A stretch of 64,000 nucleotides of DNA from an uncultured Alphaproteobacteria bacterium (GTDB lineage Bacteria > Pseudomonadota > Alphaproteobacteria > Rhizobiales > Xanthobacteraceae): NCBI GenBank assembly GCA_963794665.1, contig CAWCEW010000015.1, positions 82,618-146,617 on the forward strand, given 5' to 3'. A model generated the notes under the pieces. It made no database searches, was not told where the DNA came from, and was given only the letters and a program-made list of their open reading frames with translations. Shown here piece after piece: positions 11,173 to 22,181 of this stretch. The position numbers and the translations under genes were made by a program. Positions within the stretch are counted from its first letter, which is position 1. Each line of letters starts with the position of its first letter.

Positions 11173-12424
11173 CTACTCGCCGGCGAGCCGCAATGGCGGC
11201 CGGCGCCTGCTTTCCACGTCGGCGAAACGCCGCTCTTCCTGGGAAATATAGTCTCGCGTGATTGGCACGACTCCCTGCCGCTTGGTCAGCTGGATCTGCA
11301 TGACCATCATATTCTGCTCGCGGAAGGACATCTCGGACGCGGCGAGATAAAATTCCCACATCCGCACAAATCGCGGGTCGTAGATGCGCTCCGCATCTTC
11401 CCGATGGGCGAGAAACCGCTCGCGCCATGCTTTCAGCGTTTCCGCATAATGCAGGCGCAGGATTTCAATGTCCGTTACCAGCAGTCCGGCACGCTCGATC
11501 TCGGGCAGAACTTCCGACAGCGCCGGAATATAGCCGCCTGGGAAGATGTATTTGGCGATCCAGGGATTGGTGACGCCAGGACCTTCGGAGCGGCCGATGG
11601 AATGCAGGACCATCACGCCGTCGTCGGAGAGCAGCGTTGCGCATTTCTTGAAGAAGGTATCGTAGTGACCGACGCCGACATGTTCGAACATGCCAACCGA
11701 GACGATGCGATCAAACGGCCCCTGCAAGTCGCGATAGTCCTGCAAGAGAAAACGGGCGCGATCGCTTACGTTTTTCTCAGCCGCGCGCTCGTTTGCGATT
11801 GCGTGCTGCTCTTGCGACAGCGTGATGCCGGTGACATTGGCGCCGCTAAACTCCGCGAGGTAAAGGCCAAGCCCGCCCCAGCCACAGCCAATGTCCAGGA
11901 CACGTTGTTCTCCGCTCAGCCTCAGCTTGGCCGCAAGGTGACGTTTCTTCGCGAGCTGCGCGTCGTCGAGCGATGTGTCCGGCTTTTCGAAATAGCCGCA
12001 GCTATATTGCCTGTCGGCATCCAAAAAGAGCGAGTAGAGACGGCCGTCGAGGTCATAGTGATGGGCGACGTTGCGGCGCGCCCGCGTGCGGGGATTGAAT
12101 TGAGCGAGGCGCCGCCCGATGTATCGCAGCAGCCATTGTGGCCACGCCCAGTTGGGCAACCACATCTGCTGTCCGAGCGCGATCGCCAGCACGTCGGCAA
12201 TCGTGCCTTGCTCGCACGACCAACGTGCCATCCATGTAGGCTTCGCCGAATTTGAGCTCGGGGTCGAGCAAGATGCCGAGTTCAGCGGCCCGGGTGGTAA
12301 ATCGCACCGCGACCGGCTTTCCGGTGGCGTCGCCGCAGGTAAATGTCCGGCCACGCGAGGTTGTGACCTTGAATGTCCCCCGCCGGATAAATCGACTGAG
12401 CAAAAACTGAAGCAACCGGTCCAT
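11173..12424 (-). CDS. cfa: Cyclopropane-fatty-acyl-phospholipid synthase family SAM methyltransferase (one frameshift near 12215)
   Basis: HHYDL, YSCGYF, LDIGCGWG, SVGMFEHVG, YIFPGG, RMWEFYL. Confidence 0.9.
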
Positions 12425-12645
12425 CGGCCGCCTCCATCACCCAATTCCGCTTGCTGCTATCGGCATTTGCCCCAAAAGGGGCCAACGCAGCGGACCTACA
12501 AACGTTCGGACTGCAATAATTAATCAAAGTTCCGCGGTAGCGGCAATCCTGCAGATGCAATGCGGCTCTCAAGGCACCACAGGTCACAATCGCGAAAGAA
12601 TGCGCTATCAAGGGCTTTTGTTCGCTGGGTGACGCAGGAGGTTCG

Positions 12646-13159
12646 ATGATCAGCAGATCATTGCGAGGGCCAATTATCGGCCTTGTGACATTAATTTTGG
12701 CAGGTCCGGCGGCTGGCCAGGAAAGTCTCGATAAGGGCAAGACCCCCGCCCAGCTATTCGCGTCGGACTGCTCGCCGTGTCACAAATCGCCGCAGGGGCT
12801 CGCGAAATCGGGCGGGCTTTTCGGTCTCGATGGCTTTCTGCGCGAGCATTACACCGCCAGCCGGGAATCCGCGGCAGCCATCGCCAACTACCTCAAATCG
12901 ATGGAAGGGGGGCCTTCCGGTCCGGGGCGGGCAACCAAGCGAGCGACCAAGGGCGACGAAGGCCAAGCCTGAGGCAAAGAAAAAGCCGGCCGCCAAGGCC
13001 GAGGAAGGGAAGGGCGCCGAGAAGAAGCCGGATGCGGCGAGCGAAGAGCCGAAGCCGTTGGGTATATTGGCGCCAGAACCGAAAGCGAGTGACACCAAAG
13101 CAAATGCGCCCGCGGCCGGCGACGCCAAGCCGGCCGAGGGCGGGAAAAAACCGGAATAG
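12646..13159 (+). CDS. Secreted c-type-cytochrome-like protein with Lys/Ala/Pro-rich tail (frameshift near 12960)
   Basis: Signal peptide, GKTPAQLFASDCSPCH (CxxCH), AIANYL helix, low-complexity C-terminus. Confidence 0.7.
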
Positions 13160-13162
13160 GCG

Positions 13163-13840
13163 TCAGGCCTCCTCGTCGGTCTTCTTCTTTTTTGCCTTTG
13201 CCTTGGCCGGCTTTGCCGGCGCCTCCTCGCTCTTCGCGTCCGGCGATGCAGTCTCGGCGTCGGGTGCATCGTGCTGCGCCTTGGCTTCCGGGTCGAACAT
13301 GGCTTCCGCGGCCGCAGCAGCAGCGGCCGCTTCCTCTTCAGCCTCCGTGCGCCGCACGGTCACATCTTCGCCCCGTGCAATGCGCTGCGCTTCGTCAGCG
13401 CTGCGCGCGACCGTGACGGTGATGGAAACTTCGACTTCCGGGTGAAGCGCCAGCGGCACCTTGTATTGTCCGATCGTCTTGATCGGCGCATTGAGCACGA
13501 TTTGCGAACGGCCGACCTCGGCACCATCGGTCTTGAGCAGGCCGGCGATGTCGCGCGTCGAAACCGAGCCGAATAATTGTCCGCCCTCGCTTGCCTGACG
13601 GAGGACGACAATAGTCTTGCCGTCGAGCTTGCTGGCGAGCGTGCCGGCCTCGCCTTTGAGCTCGAGGTTCTTGGCCTGCAATTCGGCCTTCATGTCCTCG
13701 AAGCGCTTTTTGTTGTCCGCGGTCGCACGAAGCGCCTTGCCGCGGGGCAACAAAAAATTGCGGGCGAAACCGTCTTTCACGCGAACGACATCGCCCATTT
13801 GACCGAGTTTGCCGATGCGCTCGAGCAGGATCACTTCCAT
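13163..13840 (-). CDS. rplI: 50S ribosomal protein L9
   Basis: [34 protein letters not shown]. Long acidic/Ala/Lys C-terminal extension. Confidence 0.98.
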   Translation of the reverse strand: MEVILLERIGKLGQMGDVVRVKDGFARNFLLPRGKALRATADNKKRFEDMKAELQAKNLELKGEAGTLASKLDGKTIVVLRQASEGGQLFGSVSTRDIAGLLKTDGAEVGRSQIVLNAPIKTIGQYKVPLALHPEVEVSITVTVARSADEAQRIARGEDVTVRRTEAEEEAAAAAAAAEAMFDPEAKAQHDAPDAETASPDAKSEEAPAKPAKAKAKKKKTDEEA

Positions 13841-13887
13841 AGCTGTTTACTCCTCAATTTGAACCTTGGTTGGGTACTGTCTCATGT

Positions 13888-14857
13888 TCAAGAACGGGTA
13901 GGGGGACCGCGTTTGGCGGATACGCGCCCTCGCAATCCGATCGCCGTTTCGACCAGTCCAAGCAGGCAGAGGGCAAGCATCGGCCAGCCGAGCAGAATTA
14001 CACCGGCGTAAGTGATGCTGAGCACGAAAGGGCGCGCACTCATTCCTTGTGTGATGGCGTGAAGCACCGCAAATCCGAGCACGCCATAGGCCAAGAGCAA
14101 ACTTGCCGCGACGATGCCGCCGACGATGCCGAGCATGCCGTCCAGAAAACTCAGCACGATTGCAACCGCGAGCGCTGCGGTCATCAACGGCGGAAAGCTC
14201 ATTGACGAAAGCTGCGGCCAAGGGCGCACCAAACGGCCGGAGAATTTCACGACGCGCGCCGCAAGCCAGAGGTTGAGCAAATTGGTGACTGTCGCGAGCA
14301 CAGCGGCTGCTGGCGGGATCGCGTTGACCAGAATTTCTAATCAGTCGCTCGGTGTTGCTCCCGGCCCTCGCCGGCGTGCCGTTGACGCGCATAATGGCGT
14401 TGAGCGCATCGCGCAGGCCGGCACGGAAGCTGTCTGCATCGATCCCGAAATTGGGAATGGCGATAATCACGACCAGAACGCCCAACACGGCCGCCCATAC
14501 GACCAGCCTGCCGGGCGGATACCACTCAAACGACGCAGCACCCTGGCCGCTGCCGTTGGTGGCCGCGACTGGGCGGGCAAGCATTGCGAGATAGCTGAGC
14601 CACCACGCCGGGAAACCCGCTCCGGCCGCAAACGCGAGCAGGAAGACGGTGCCGAAAACCGCACCAAGGCCAAGTGCGCCGGCAAGTGCGGCAGTCATCG
14701 CGGCCCAGTGGCTCCAGCCAAGGCCTGCGATCATGATGGGCAGCGGTGCAAGATAAAATAGCGGGATCGACAGCCACGAGCCGGAGGTCACCGAGGCAAA
14801 CAGCAAAGCCGCCGCGGCGCCGGCACCAATCCCTACAATTGCGATCTGTATCATCAC
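13888..14857 (-). CDS. DUF2232/YybS-like polytopic membrane protein (frameshifted near 14310-14340)
   Basis: Multiple TM helices, LAPLP and WYPPG motifs. Lies between rpsR and rplI. Confidence 0.82.
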
Positions 14858-14865
14858 GAGCTGTC

Positions 14866-14938
14866 CCGCTCCTCACCGAGCGGTTAGAGACGGAGTTGCT
14901 CCGCCCCAACCATCGGCGCCCGGGTGTCCCCGGACGCC
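14866..14938 (-). promoter_or_regulatory. Three tandem hairpins between rpsR and the DUF2232 gene
   Basis: Minus-strand stems GGCGUCCGGG/CCCGGGCGCC, GGUUGGGG-CGGAG/CUCCG-CUCUAACC and CCGCUC/GAGCGG. Confidence 0.55.
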
Positions 14939-14948
14939 TCGTTTGCGT

Positions 14949-15197
14949 TTACTGTATCACATACGGCAGCAAGCCGAGAAAGCGCGCGCGTTTGATCGCC
15001 TGCGCCAGCTCGCGCTGTTTCTTAGCCGAAACCGCTGTGATGCGACTCGGAACGATTTTGCCGCGCTCCGAAACATACCGTTGCAGCAGCTTCACATCCT
15101 TGTAGTCAATCTTGGGTGCATTGGCGCCCGAGAATGGACAAGTCTTACGGCGGCGGAAGAAGGGGCGGCGCGCGCCGCCCTGTGGCGCGAATGCCAT
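14949..15197 (-). CDS. rpsR: 30S ribosomal protein S18
   Basis: [44 protein letters not shown]. Confidence 0.99.
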   Translation of the reverse strand: MAFAPQGGARRPFFRRRKTCPFSGANAPKIDYKDVKLLQRYVSERGKIVPSRITAVSAKKQRELAQAIKRARFLGLLPYVIQ

Positions 15198-15200
15198 GGT

Positions 15201-15638
15201 CTATTCCTCCCCTCCAATGGCGTCAGGACCGTCGATGTCGTCGCCTTCGTCACGCCGGCGGCGTTCGCCGCGTCCACCGCGGTCGTCGCGACCGCCGCGA
15301 TCGTCGCGGTCGCGGTCCGATTTGCGCATCATCGCGGAGGGACCATCCTCGAGCGCGTCGACGCGGATCGTGAGGTAGCGGAGCACGTCCTCATGGAGGC
15401 GTTCCTGGCGCTCGATCTCGTTCAGCGCTGCAGGCGGCGCATCGACATTGAGCAGCGTCATGTGCGCCTTGCGGTTCTTGCGGATGCGATAGGTGAGGGA
15501 CTTCAGGCCCCAATATTCGTTCTTGGTGACTTTGCCGCCCATTTGCCCGATGACACCGGACAGTTGCGTGGTCAATTCTTCGACCTGCTGCGCGCTCAGA
15601 TCCTGGCGCGCAAGGTAGACGTGTTCGTACAACGGCAT
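15201..15638 (-). CDS. rpsF: 30S ribosomal protein S6
   Basis: [43 protein letters not shown]-rich tail. Confidence 0.98.
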   Translation of the reverse strand: MPLYEHVYLARQDLSAQQVEELTTQLSGVIGQMGGKVTKNEYWGLKSLTYRIRKNRKAHMTLLNVDAPPAALNEIERQERLHEDVLRYLTIRVDALEDGPSAMMRKSDRDRDDRGGRDDRGGRGERRRRDEGDDIDGPDAIGGEE

Positions 15639-15675
15639 GAATGCCTTTCCCTTCGTTTCAAATCCTCGGTCCTCG

Positions 15676-15744
15676 ATCCCGGCGCTAAGCCCCTCGAGCC
15701 CTTCGGGGAAAGGCTCGAATGCTCTGAAGGCGGAAGCACGGGAC
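15676..15744 (-). promoter_or_regulatory. Putative S6:S18 ribosomal-protein leader RNA
   Basis: Nested stems GUCCCG/CGGGAU, UGCU/AGCG, GAGC/GCUU and UUCGAGCC/GGCUCGAG, with a pyrimidine-rich internal loop (UCCGCCUUC), in the rpsF 5' UTR. Confidence 0.55.
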
Positions 15745-15827
15745 GCCGGGCCAAGTGGCCCTACCGGCTGATCAATTGTGCCCAACCGGCCGTCCGTTCA
15801 GCTCCCAACCAGGATCGACGGAGCGCG

Positions 15828-15857
15828 CGGTTTATAGGGGTTTTCGCAAAAACGCAA
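15828..15857 (-). promoter_or_regulatory. Putative sigma70 promoter of the rpsF operon
   Basis: Minus strand TTGCGT-N17-TAAACC, within CTATAAACC. Confidence 0.5.
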
Positions 15858-16021
15858 GGCAAACCGGCCGTTAGCGTGACGCGAATATTCGGAGTAACTT
15901 CAAGGAATTGTAGGCTGCGAGGAATCTCGGCCTCATGAGGTATTGATCACCAAACCACTGACCTGTTTTCGGCCCGCTGCTACAAAGTTCCCGCGCGGAA
16001 TGCCGCGCCAAAAGGTAAACG

Positions 16022-17387
16022 ATGCGCCTGGATTTTTCCGACCTTCCTCTAAAAGAGACTGCGTTTAGCGATAAACCGATGACGTTTATCGATCAGGGGC
16101 CCAAAAATTTCTTGGGCGCTGTCATGGACCTCGTAGCGATCGAGACCGGGGATCGTCGCGCGCGTGAGCATTGGCAACAGAAGCAAATAGACAATTTGCT
16201 GAGCCATGCGGCCCGAAAGTCTGCATTTTGGCGGAAACGCATTGGCGCTAACAAGGCCGCGAATTTTGAGCGACTTCCCATCTTAACCCGCGCAGATGTG
16301 CGCACGCAGGTGGAGGCCGAGGGATCGCTTCTTGCCGGTGAGCGCATCAAGACGATGAAGCATGCGACCTCTGGATCGTCGGGGACGCCCATTCAGTTTT
16401 TCGTTTCCCAGATGCACACCGAATATCTGGGTGTCAGATCTGCCGCGCAGTTTTTTATCGAGGAGCGCGATCTGACGTTAAACAGTACGCGCCTCAGGCC
16501 AGAGCCAAAGCCCAGCAAGGACGGCTTCACGGTTCAGATTAAAGGCGACGCGCTTGGCAGCCTCGCTTCGTTAGTGCGCGGGGGAAAATACAAATATATC
16601 GAATACTTTCATCCAAACATGGATGCGCTGTGCAAGGAACTCGAACGAGATTCGATTGGCTACCTAGTTGCTCATCCACATCTTGTGGAAACGATGCTGC
16701 AGTTCATCGATCCGGAATTTTTTAAAAGTGCCGGGACGGCAATGTTCAATCCCGTGGCGGGTGCTGTGGACCCAGAATTGCGGGAGGCGTTTGTTTCGAA
16801 TGGCATTCCGGTTCGCGGGACGTATTCTTCAGAGGAAGTTGGCTCAATCGGATTCGAGTGCGAAAAGAATCCCGGTATTTATCACTTAGCAACCAGCAAC
16901 GTTCTCGTCGAAGTTATCGCGGACAGTTCGGTTAAAGGAGTCGCTCCAGACCTTGGCCGCGTGCTCGGTGACGCATCTGCATTCCTACGCAACCCCATTC
17001 ATTCGATATGACATCGGCGACGTCGCTACCTTTGGCAACTCTTGTCCGTGTGGTCACGATGGCCCGATTCTGTCGAACGTCTATGGACGAGCGAAGGCTT
17101 TGCTCAAGCATCCCGACGGTCGCGTTTCGATTTTCTTTCCACGCGGCAAGGAGCTGGCGGCGATCGCCAACCTTCGATGAGTTTCGTATCCGACAAACGG
17201 AAATGAACAGAATTGTGCTCGAACTCGGCAGGCGGTGAAGCCCTGATCTGAGGACGAAAAGTCTGCCTTTGTCAGGCTGATCAAAGAACATGCTGGGGGC
17301 GATTTCGTCGTCGAGGTGAAAGCGGTTGCGGCAATCGACTGGGGTCAAAACAGCAAGAGGCTCGGATTTTATAGCGAGGTCCTCTGA
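16022..17387 (+). CDS. Phenylacetate-CoA ligase / CapK / F390-synthetase-like adenylate-forming enzyme (frameshifted)
   Basis: LPILTR, TSGSSGTP (P-loop), YSSEE, VTHLHSYATPFIRYDIGD and CPCG..VYGR across frames. Ends RLGFYSEVL*. Confidence 0.8.
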
Positions 17388-17550
17388 CGGGGCTAAGCAT
17401 TTGATTCTATTATCTTTGCGTTCAATAAGGGACGCCTTTTCCGCCAGCCGATTTTTGTGCGGTGTAGCAAAATTGCCATAGGTGCGGGGGTCATTCGTGG
17501 TCTAGGCTTATAAATAGATGTTGCTGGTCGCTGACTGCGTTGGGGGCATT

Positions 17551-18356
17551 ATGAAAAGGAAACTTTTTGCGGGCGTCGCGCTCGGCGTTATTGATCGGCG
17601 CTCCGGCAAAGGCCGCGGACATGCCGATTAAGGCTCCCACGGCGCCTGTTGTAATCCCGTAGAGCTGGACCGGCTTCTATGCCGGCCGCAAACGTTGGAT
17701 ACAGCTGGGGCAGTTCCGATACCGACTTTGCCAGCGACAAACACTGGCAGCATTTGGACTAGCTGCGGCCAACGCAAAGCTACCATCTTAATGGCGTGAT
17801 CGGCGGCGGACAGATTGGATATAACTGGCAAGTGAGTAACAGTCGTTCTCGGCGTCGAAGCCGATATCCAGGCTTCAGGGCAGAAAGGCGATAGCGACTT
17901 TTCTGTGCCCATGGCACGGTTTGTAACCTTGGCTTCACCGCAATTCCGTCCGCGAACGCGCCGGTCGCGACGCTTTCAATCAAAAGCTAGACTGGTTTGG
18001 CACCTTACGCGCCCGCGCAGGCTACCGTGACGCCGACAATTCTTCTTATGTAACGGGTGGGCTCGCTTATGGGCAGATCGAAACTGATCGAACGCTAACC
18101 GGCTTTACCGGCGGCGGCGTCGCGCACCATGTCGTCGGCCTTCAGCAGCGACAAGACCAAACGGGCTGGACGGTCGGCGGCGGCGTTGAAGGGCAACCGA
18201 ATACCGGCAATTGGACCGGAAAGATCGAATATCTTTACATGGATCTTCGGCATCGATAACGGGACTTCCACCACGAACATTATTCCGGCACGTATAGTTA
18301 ACACTCAAGTTACCGACCACATTGCACGTGTCGGCCTAAATTACCGATTCAATTAG
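17551..18356 (+). pseudogene. Omp25/RopB-family outer-membrane beta-barrel, heavily disrupted (pseudogene or poor consensus)
   Basis: MKRKLFAG signal, AADMPIKAP, SWTGFYAG, GYSWG, GGGQIGYNWQ, DWFGTLRARAG, YVTGGLAYG, C-terminal ARVGLNYRFN*. Many frameshifts plus an in-frame TAG near 17660. Confidence 0.8.
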
Positions 18357-18387
18357 GCGTACTGACTGCAGAGTTACAACGCATTAC

Positions 18388-18414
18388 AAACCCCGGCCCA
18401 AAGTGCCGGGGTTT
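18388..18414 (+). terminator. Rho-independent terminator after the omp gene
   Basis: AAACCCCGGC-CCAAAGT-GCCGGGGTTT inverted repeat. Confidence 0.75.
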
Positions 18415-18539
18415 GCCTCTGTTCAACGCAAAATCTCGGATCGCTGGCGCCGACTTCTTCGCCGGTCGTTCGGCTTGACAGAACGCCCATCGCGGTGTCT
18501 TTCGGCGCGATTTCTACGACAGATTGAATATGGGCAACT

Positions 18540-19488
18540 ATGGCGATCGCTTTCGTATTTCCGGGGCAGGGCAGCCAGGCCGTAGGGATGGGCAAGGCCC
18601 TCGCGTCAAATTTCACCCCCGCGCAGCAGATTTTCGAAGAGGTTGACGAAGCGCTTGGTAGCAAGCTCAGCACCATCATCTTCGAGGGCCCAGCCGATAC
18701 GTTGACGCTTACGGAAAATGCCCAGCCGGCCCTTATGGCTGTCTCGCTTGCCGTCCTGCGTGTACTCGAGGCCGAGGCGGGACTGGACCTTGCGCGCGAC
18801 GTACAGTTTGTCGCCGGTCATTCGCTCGGTGAATATTCCGCGCTGGCCGCGGGCGGCGCCTTCACCGTGGCGGATGCCGCGCGTCTCCTGCGGACGCGGG
18901 GCCAGGCCATGCAGAAGGCGGTCCCGGTTGGTGTCGGCGCGATGGCGGCGCTTATCGGACTTGAGTTCGACGCCGCCGCTGCCGTGGCGGCCGAAGCCGC
19001 GCAGGGCGAAGTCTGCCAGGCGGCGAACGACAACGGCGCCGGCCAAGTGGTGGTTTCGGGAAACAAGGCAGCCGTCGAACGCGCGGTAGAAATCGCAAAA
19101 ACAAAAGGGCGCAAAGCGTGCGATGCTGTTGCCTGTGTCCGCACCCTTCCATTGCGCCTTGATGCAGCCGGCCGCCGATGTGATGGCTGAAGCGCTCGCG
19201 AAAACGACGGTCAAGCCGCCCGCCGTCCCCGTGGTCGCCAATGTGCTGGCGAAGCCGATCCGCGAGCCCGGCGAAATCGTGCGCGCTCTCGTCGCGCAGG
19301 TGACCGGAACGGTTCGCTGGCGTGAATCCGTTGTGTTCATGGCGGGCGCAGGCGTTTCAAGTTTTTATGAGGTCGGCGCCGGGAAGGTATTGAGCGGGCT
19401 GATCAAGCGTCTTGCCGACGGTGCCACGACGGCCGCGATCGGAAGTCCTGAGGATGTCGCCGCCTTCAAGGCGGGGAGGAACCCATGA
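18540..19488 (+). CDS. fabD: Malonyl-CoA:ACP transacylase (frameshift near 19110)
   Basis: FPGQGSQ, GHSLGEY, LPVSAPFHC, EVGAGKVL. Confidence 0.97.
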
Positions 19489-20226
19489 TGTTCGATTTAA
19501 ACGGCAAGACTGCCCTGGTGACAGGTGCTAGCGGGGCGATTGGCGGCGCGATCGCGCGCGCGCTCCATGCCCAAGGCGCGACGGTTGCAATTTCCGGGAC
19601 GCGAAAGGAAGCGCTCGACGGTCTGGCGGGCGCGCTCGGCAATCGCGTGTTTGTCCTTCCTTGCGATCTTGCGGACAAGGACGCCGTTGAGGCGCTGGTG
19701 CCGAGCGCTGAAGAGAAAATGGAAAAGCTCGATATTTTGGTCGCGAATGCTGGCGTCAACCGCGACAACCTTTTCGTGCAGTTGCGGGACGAGGATTGGG
19801 ACAACGTGATCGCCGTCAATCTGACCGCCACGTTCCGGCTGGCGCGCGCCGCAGTGTCACGCATGATGCGTCGGCGCTGGGGCCGCGTGATCGGCATCTC
19901 TTCGGTGGTCGGCTTTACCGGCAATCCGGGGCAAGAGCAACTACACGGCTTCCAAAGCCGGCATGGTCGGAATGATCAAGTCGGTGGCGGCCGAGTATGC
20001 CAAGCGAAACATCACGGCCAACTGCATAGCGCCCGGCCTCATCGCCTCGGCCATGACAGACAAGCTCAATGAGAAGCAGCGCGAAACAATCCTTGCCCGC
20101 ATCCCAGCCGCCAAGCTTGGCACTCCGGACGATGTAGCCGCTGCTGCTGTCTTTCTCGCCTCGAATGAGGCCGCCTACGTCAACGGTCAAACCATCCATG
20201 TCAACGGCGGGATGGCTATGATATAG
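19485..20226 (+). CDS. fabG: 3-oxoacyl-ACP reductase (frameshift near 19935)
   Basis: TGASGAIG, NAG, GNPGQ-NYTASK, GQTIHVNGG. Lies between fabD and acpP. Confidence 0.96.
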
Positions 20227-20495
20227 CGCGCGCCCTAAAAGTCGGGGACCGATGTTCGCGCTGGCGGCGGTGGATATGCGCGGTTTTCGGGGGTTGCTCG
20301 CTCCTCCGGCACGCGCTAGTCAATGGATTTGAAGTATGGTAACCGACTTTCGGCCCGGCTGGGGCGGCTAAGTGCGGAGTAATGTTCCGCAATTGGGGAT
20401 CGTCTCATCACCGTCAACCACGACGAGGCCGTATCGCGATGGTTGCGAACTGAGCTTGGCGCGCAGCCCAATTCATAAAGCACGAGGTTGGAACG

Positions 20496-20735
20496 ATGAG
20501 TGACATTGGCGAGCGGGTGAAAAAGATCGTCGTGGAGCACCTGGGCGTAGAACCCGACAAGGTGAACGATCAAGCCAGCTTTATCGATGATCTTGGCGCC
20601 GACAGCCTCGACACGGTTGAGCTCGTTATGGCCTTTGAAGAAGAATTTGGCTGCGAGATCCCCGACGATGCCGCTGAAACCATTCTGACCGTTGGCGACG
20701 CGGTTAAATTTCTTGAAAAGAACGCCAAAAGCTGA
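20496..20735 (+). CDS. acpP: Acyl carrier protein
   Basis: [21 protein letters not shown]. Confidence 0.99.
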   Translation: MSDIGERVKKIVVEHLGVEPDKVNDQASFIDDLGADSLDTVELVMAFEEEFGCEIPDDAAETILTVGDAVKFLEKNAKS

Positions 20736-20829
20736 GCGCGTCCTGCGCGGCTGCTCGATTGCTTCGCTCATCAATGGCTTTGGGCCGTCTGCAGTGCGAC
20801 GGTGTCAATAGATGCGCTCGGAGCCGGCC

Positions 20830-22095
20830 ATGAGACGTGTCGTCGTTACCGGAATGGGGATGCTCACGCCGCTCGGTTGCGGTGTCGAGGCAACCTGGAC
20901 CCGCCTGCTCAAGGGTGAAAGCGGCGCGAAGAAGATCGACGCCTTCGATGTTTCCGACATTGCATGCAAGATCGCCTGCGTCATCCCGCGGGGCGACGGT
21001 GCGGGCGCGACCTACAATGCCGACCAGTGGATGGAGCCGAAGGAGCAGCGCAAGGTCGATCAATTTATTGTCTTTGCGATGTGCGCGGCGCGTCAGGCCC
21101 TCGACGATGCAGGGTGGCACCCCAAGAGCTATGAAGAGCAGACTACGACCGGCGTACTGATCGGATCAGGCATCGGCGGTATCGAGGGAATAGCCGAAAC
21201 GGCGCTGGCTCTTCACGAACGCGGCCCGCGCCGAGTGTCGCCGTTTTTTATCCCCGGTCGCATCATCAATCTTGCGTCTGGTTTCGTGTCGATAGCATTC
21301 GGGCTAAAGGGCCCCAACCATGCGGTCGTCACTGCGTGCTCGACCGGCGCTCACGCGATCGGAGATGCAGCGAGGCTTGTCGCGCTTGGTGATGCCGAGG
21401 TGATGGTGGCGGGCGGCGCGGAATCGCCGGTCAACCGCATTTCGCTCGCCGGATTTTCCGCGTTGCGCGCGCTTTCGACCAATTTCAACGATGATCCGAC
21501 GCACGCTTCACGGCCTTATGATAAAGATCGCGACGGCTTCGTAATGGGCGAAGGAGCCGGCGTCGTTGTGTTGGAATCGCTCGAACATGCAAAGGCGCGC
21601 GGGGCCAAGATTTATGCGGAACTGATTGGTTACGGGTTGTCTGGCGACGCCTATCACATCACCGCGCCGGCACCAGACGGCGATGGCGCGCTGCGTTGCA
21701 TGACCGCGGCGATCCGTCGCGCCGGCATCTCCGCGAGTGATATCGACTACATCAATGCCCATGGCACCTCGACACCGTTGGGCGATGAGATCGAACTCGG
21801 TGCAGTGCAAAAACTGGTTGGTAACTCAGCTGGCCATATTTCAATGTCCTCGACCAAATCATGTATCGGTCATTTGCTCGGTGCTGCGGGTGCGGTCGAA
21901 GCAATATTCTCAATTCTCGCAATCCGCGATCGGGTTGCCCCGCCAACGATCAATCTCGACAATCCGTCGGTCGATACCCCGATCGATTTGGTGCCCCACC
22001 AAATGCACAAGCGGGAGGTCGATACGGTGCTATCGAATTCCTTTGGATTCGGCGGGACAAATGCCTCCCTAATTTTCCGCCGGTACGCGAACTAA
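20830..22095 (+). CDS. fabF: Beta-ketoacyl-ACP synthase II
   Basis: RRVVVTG, TACSTG, NAHGTST, KSCIGHLLGAAG, SNSFGFGG. Confidence 0.97.
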   Translation: MRRVVVTGMGMLTPLGCGVEATWTRLLKGESGAKKIDAFDVSDIACKIACVIPRGDGAGATYNADQWMEPKEQRKVDQFIVFAMCAARQALDDAGWHPKSYEEQTTTGVLIGSGIGGIEGIAETALALHERGPRRVSPFFIPGRIINLASGFVSIAFGLKGPNHAVVTACSTGAHAIGDAARLVALGDAEVMVAGGAESPVNRISLAGFSALRALSTNFNDDPTHASRPYDKDRDGFVMGEGAGVVVLESLEHAKARGAKIYAELIGYGLSGDAYHITAPAPDGDGALRCMTAAIRRAGISASDIDYINAHGTSTPLGDEIELGAVQKLVGNSAGHISMSSTKSCIGHLLGAAGAVEAIFSILAIRDRVAPPTINLDNPSVDTPIDLVPHQMHKREVDTVLSNSFGFGGTNASLIFRRYAN

Positions 22096-22181
22096 AAAAA
22101 GCATCGACAGGGTCCCCCAGCTTTCGCCATAATTTTTTCTAACGTGCGGCATGCGCTGGTGTTTCGTCGGCGAGAACGGCG

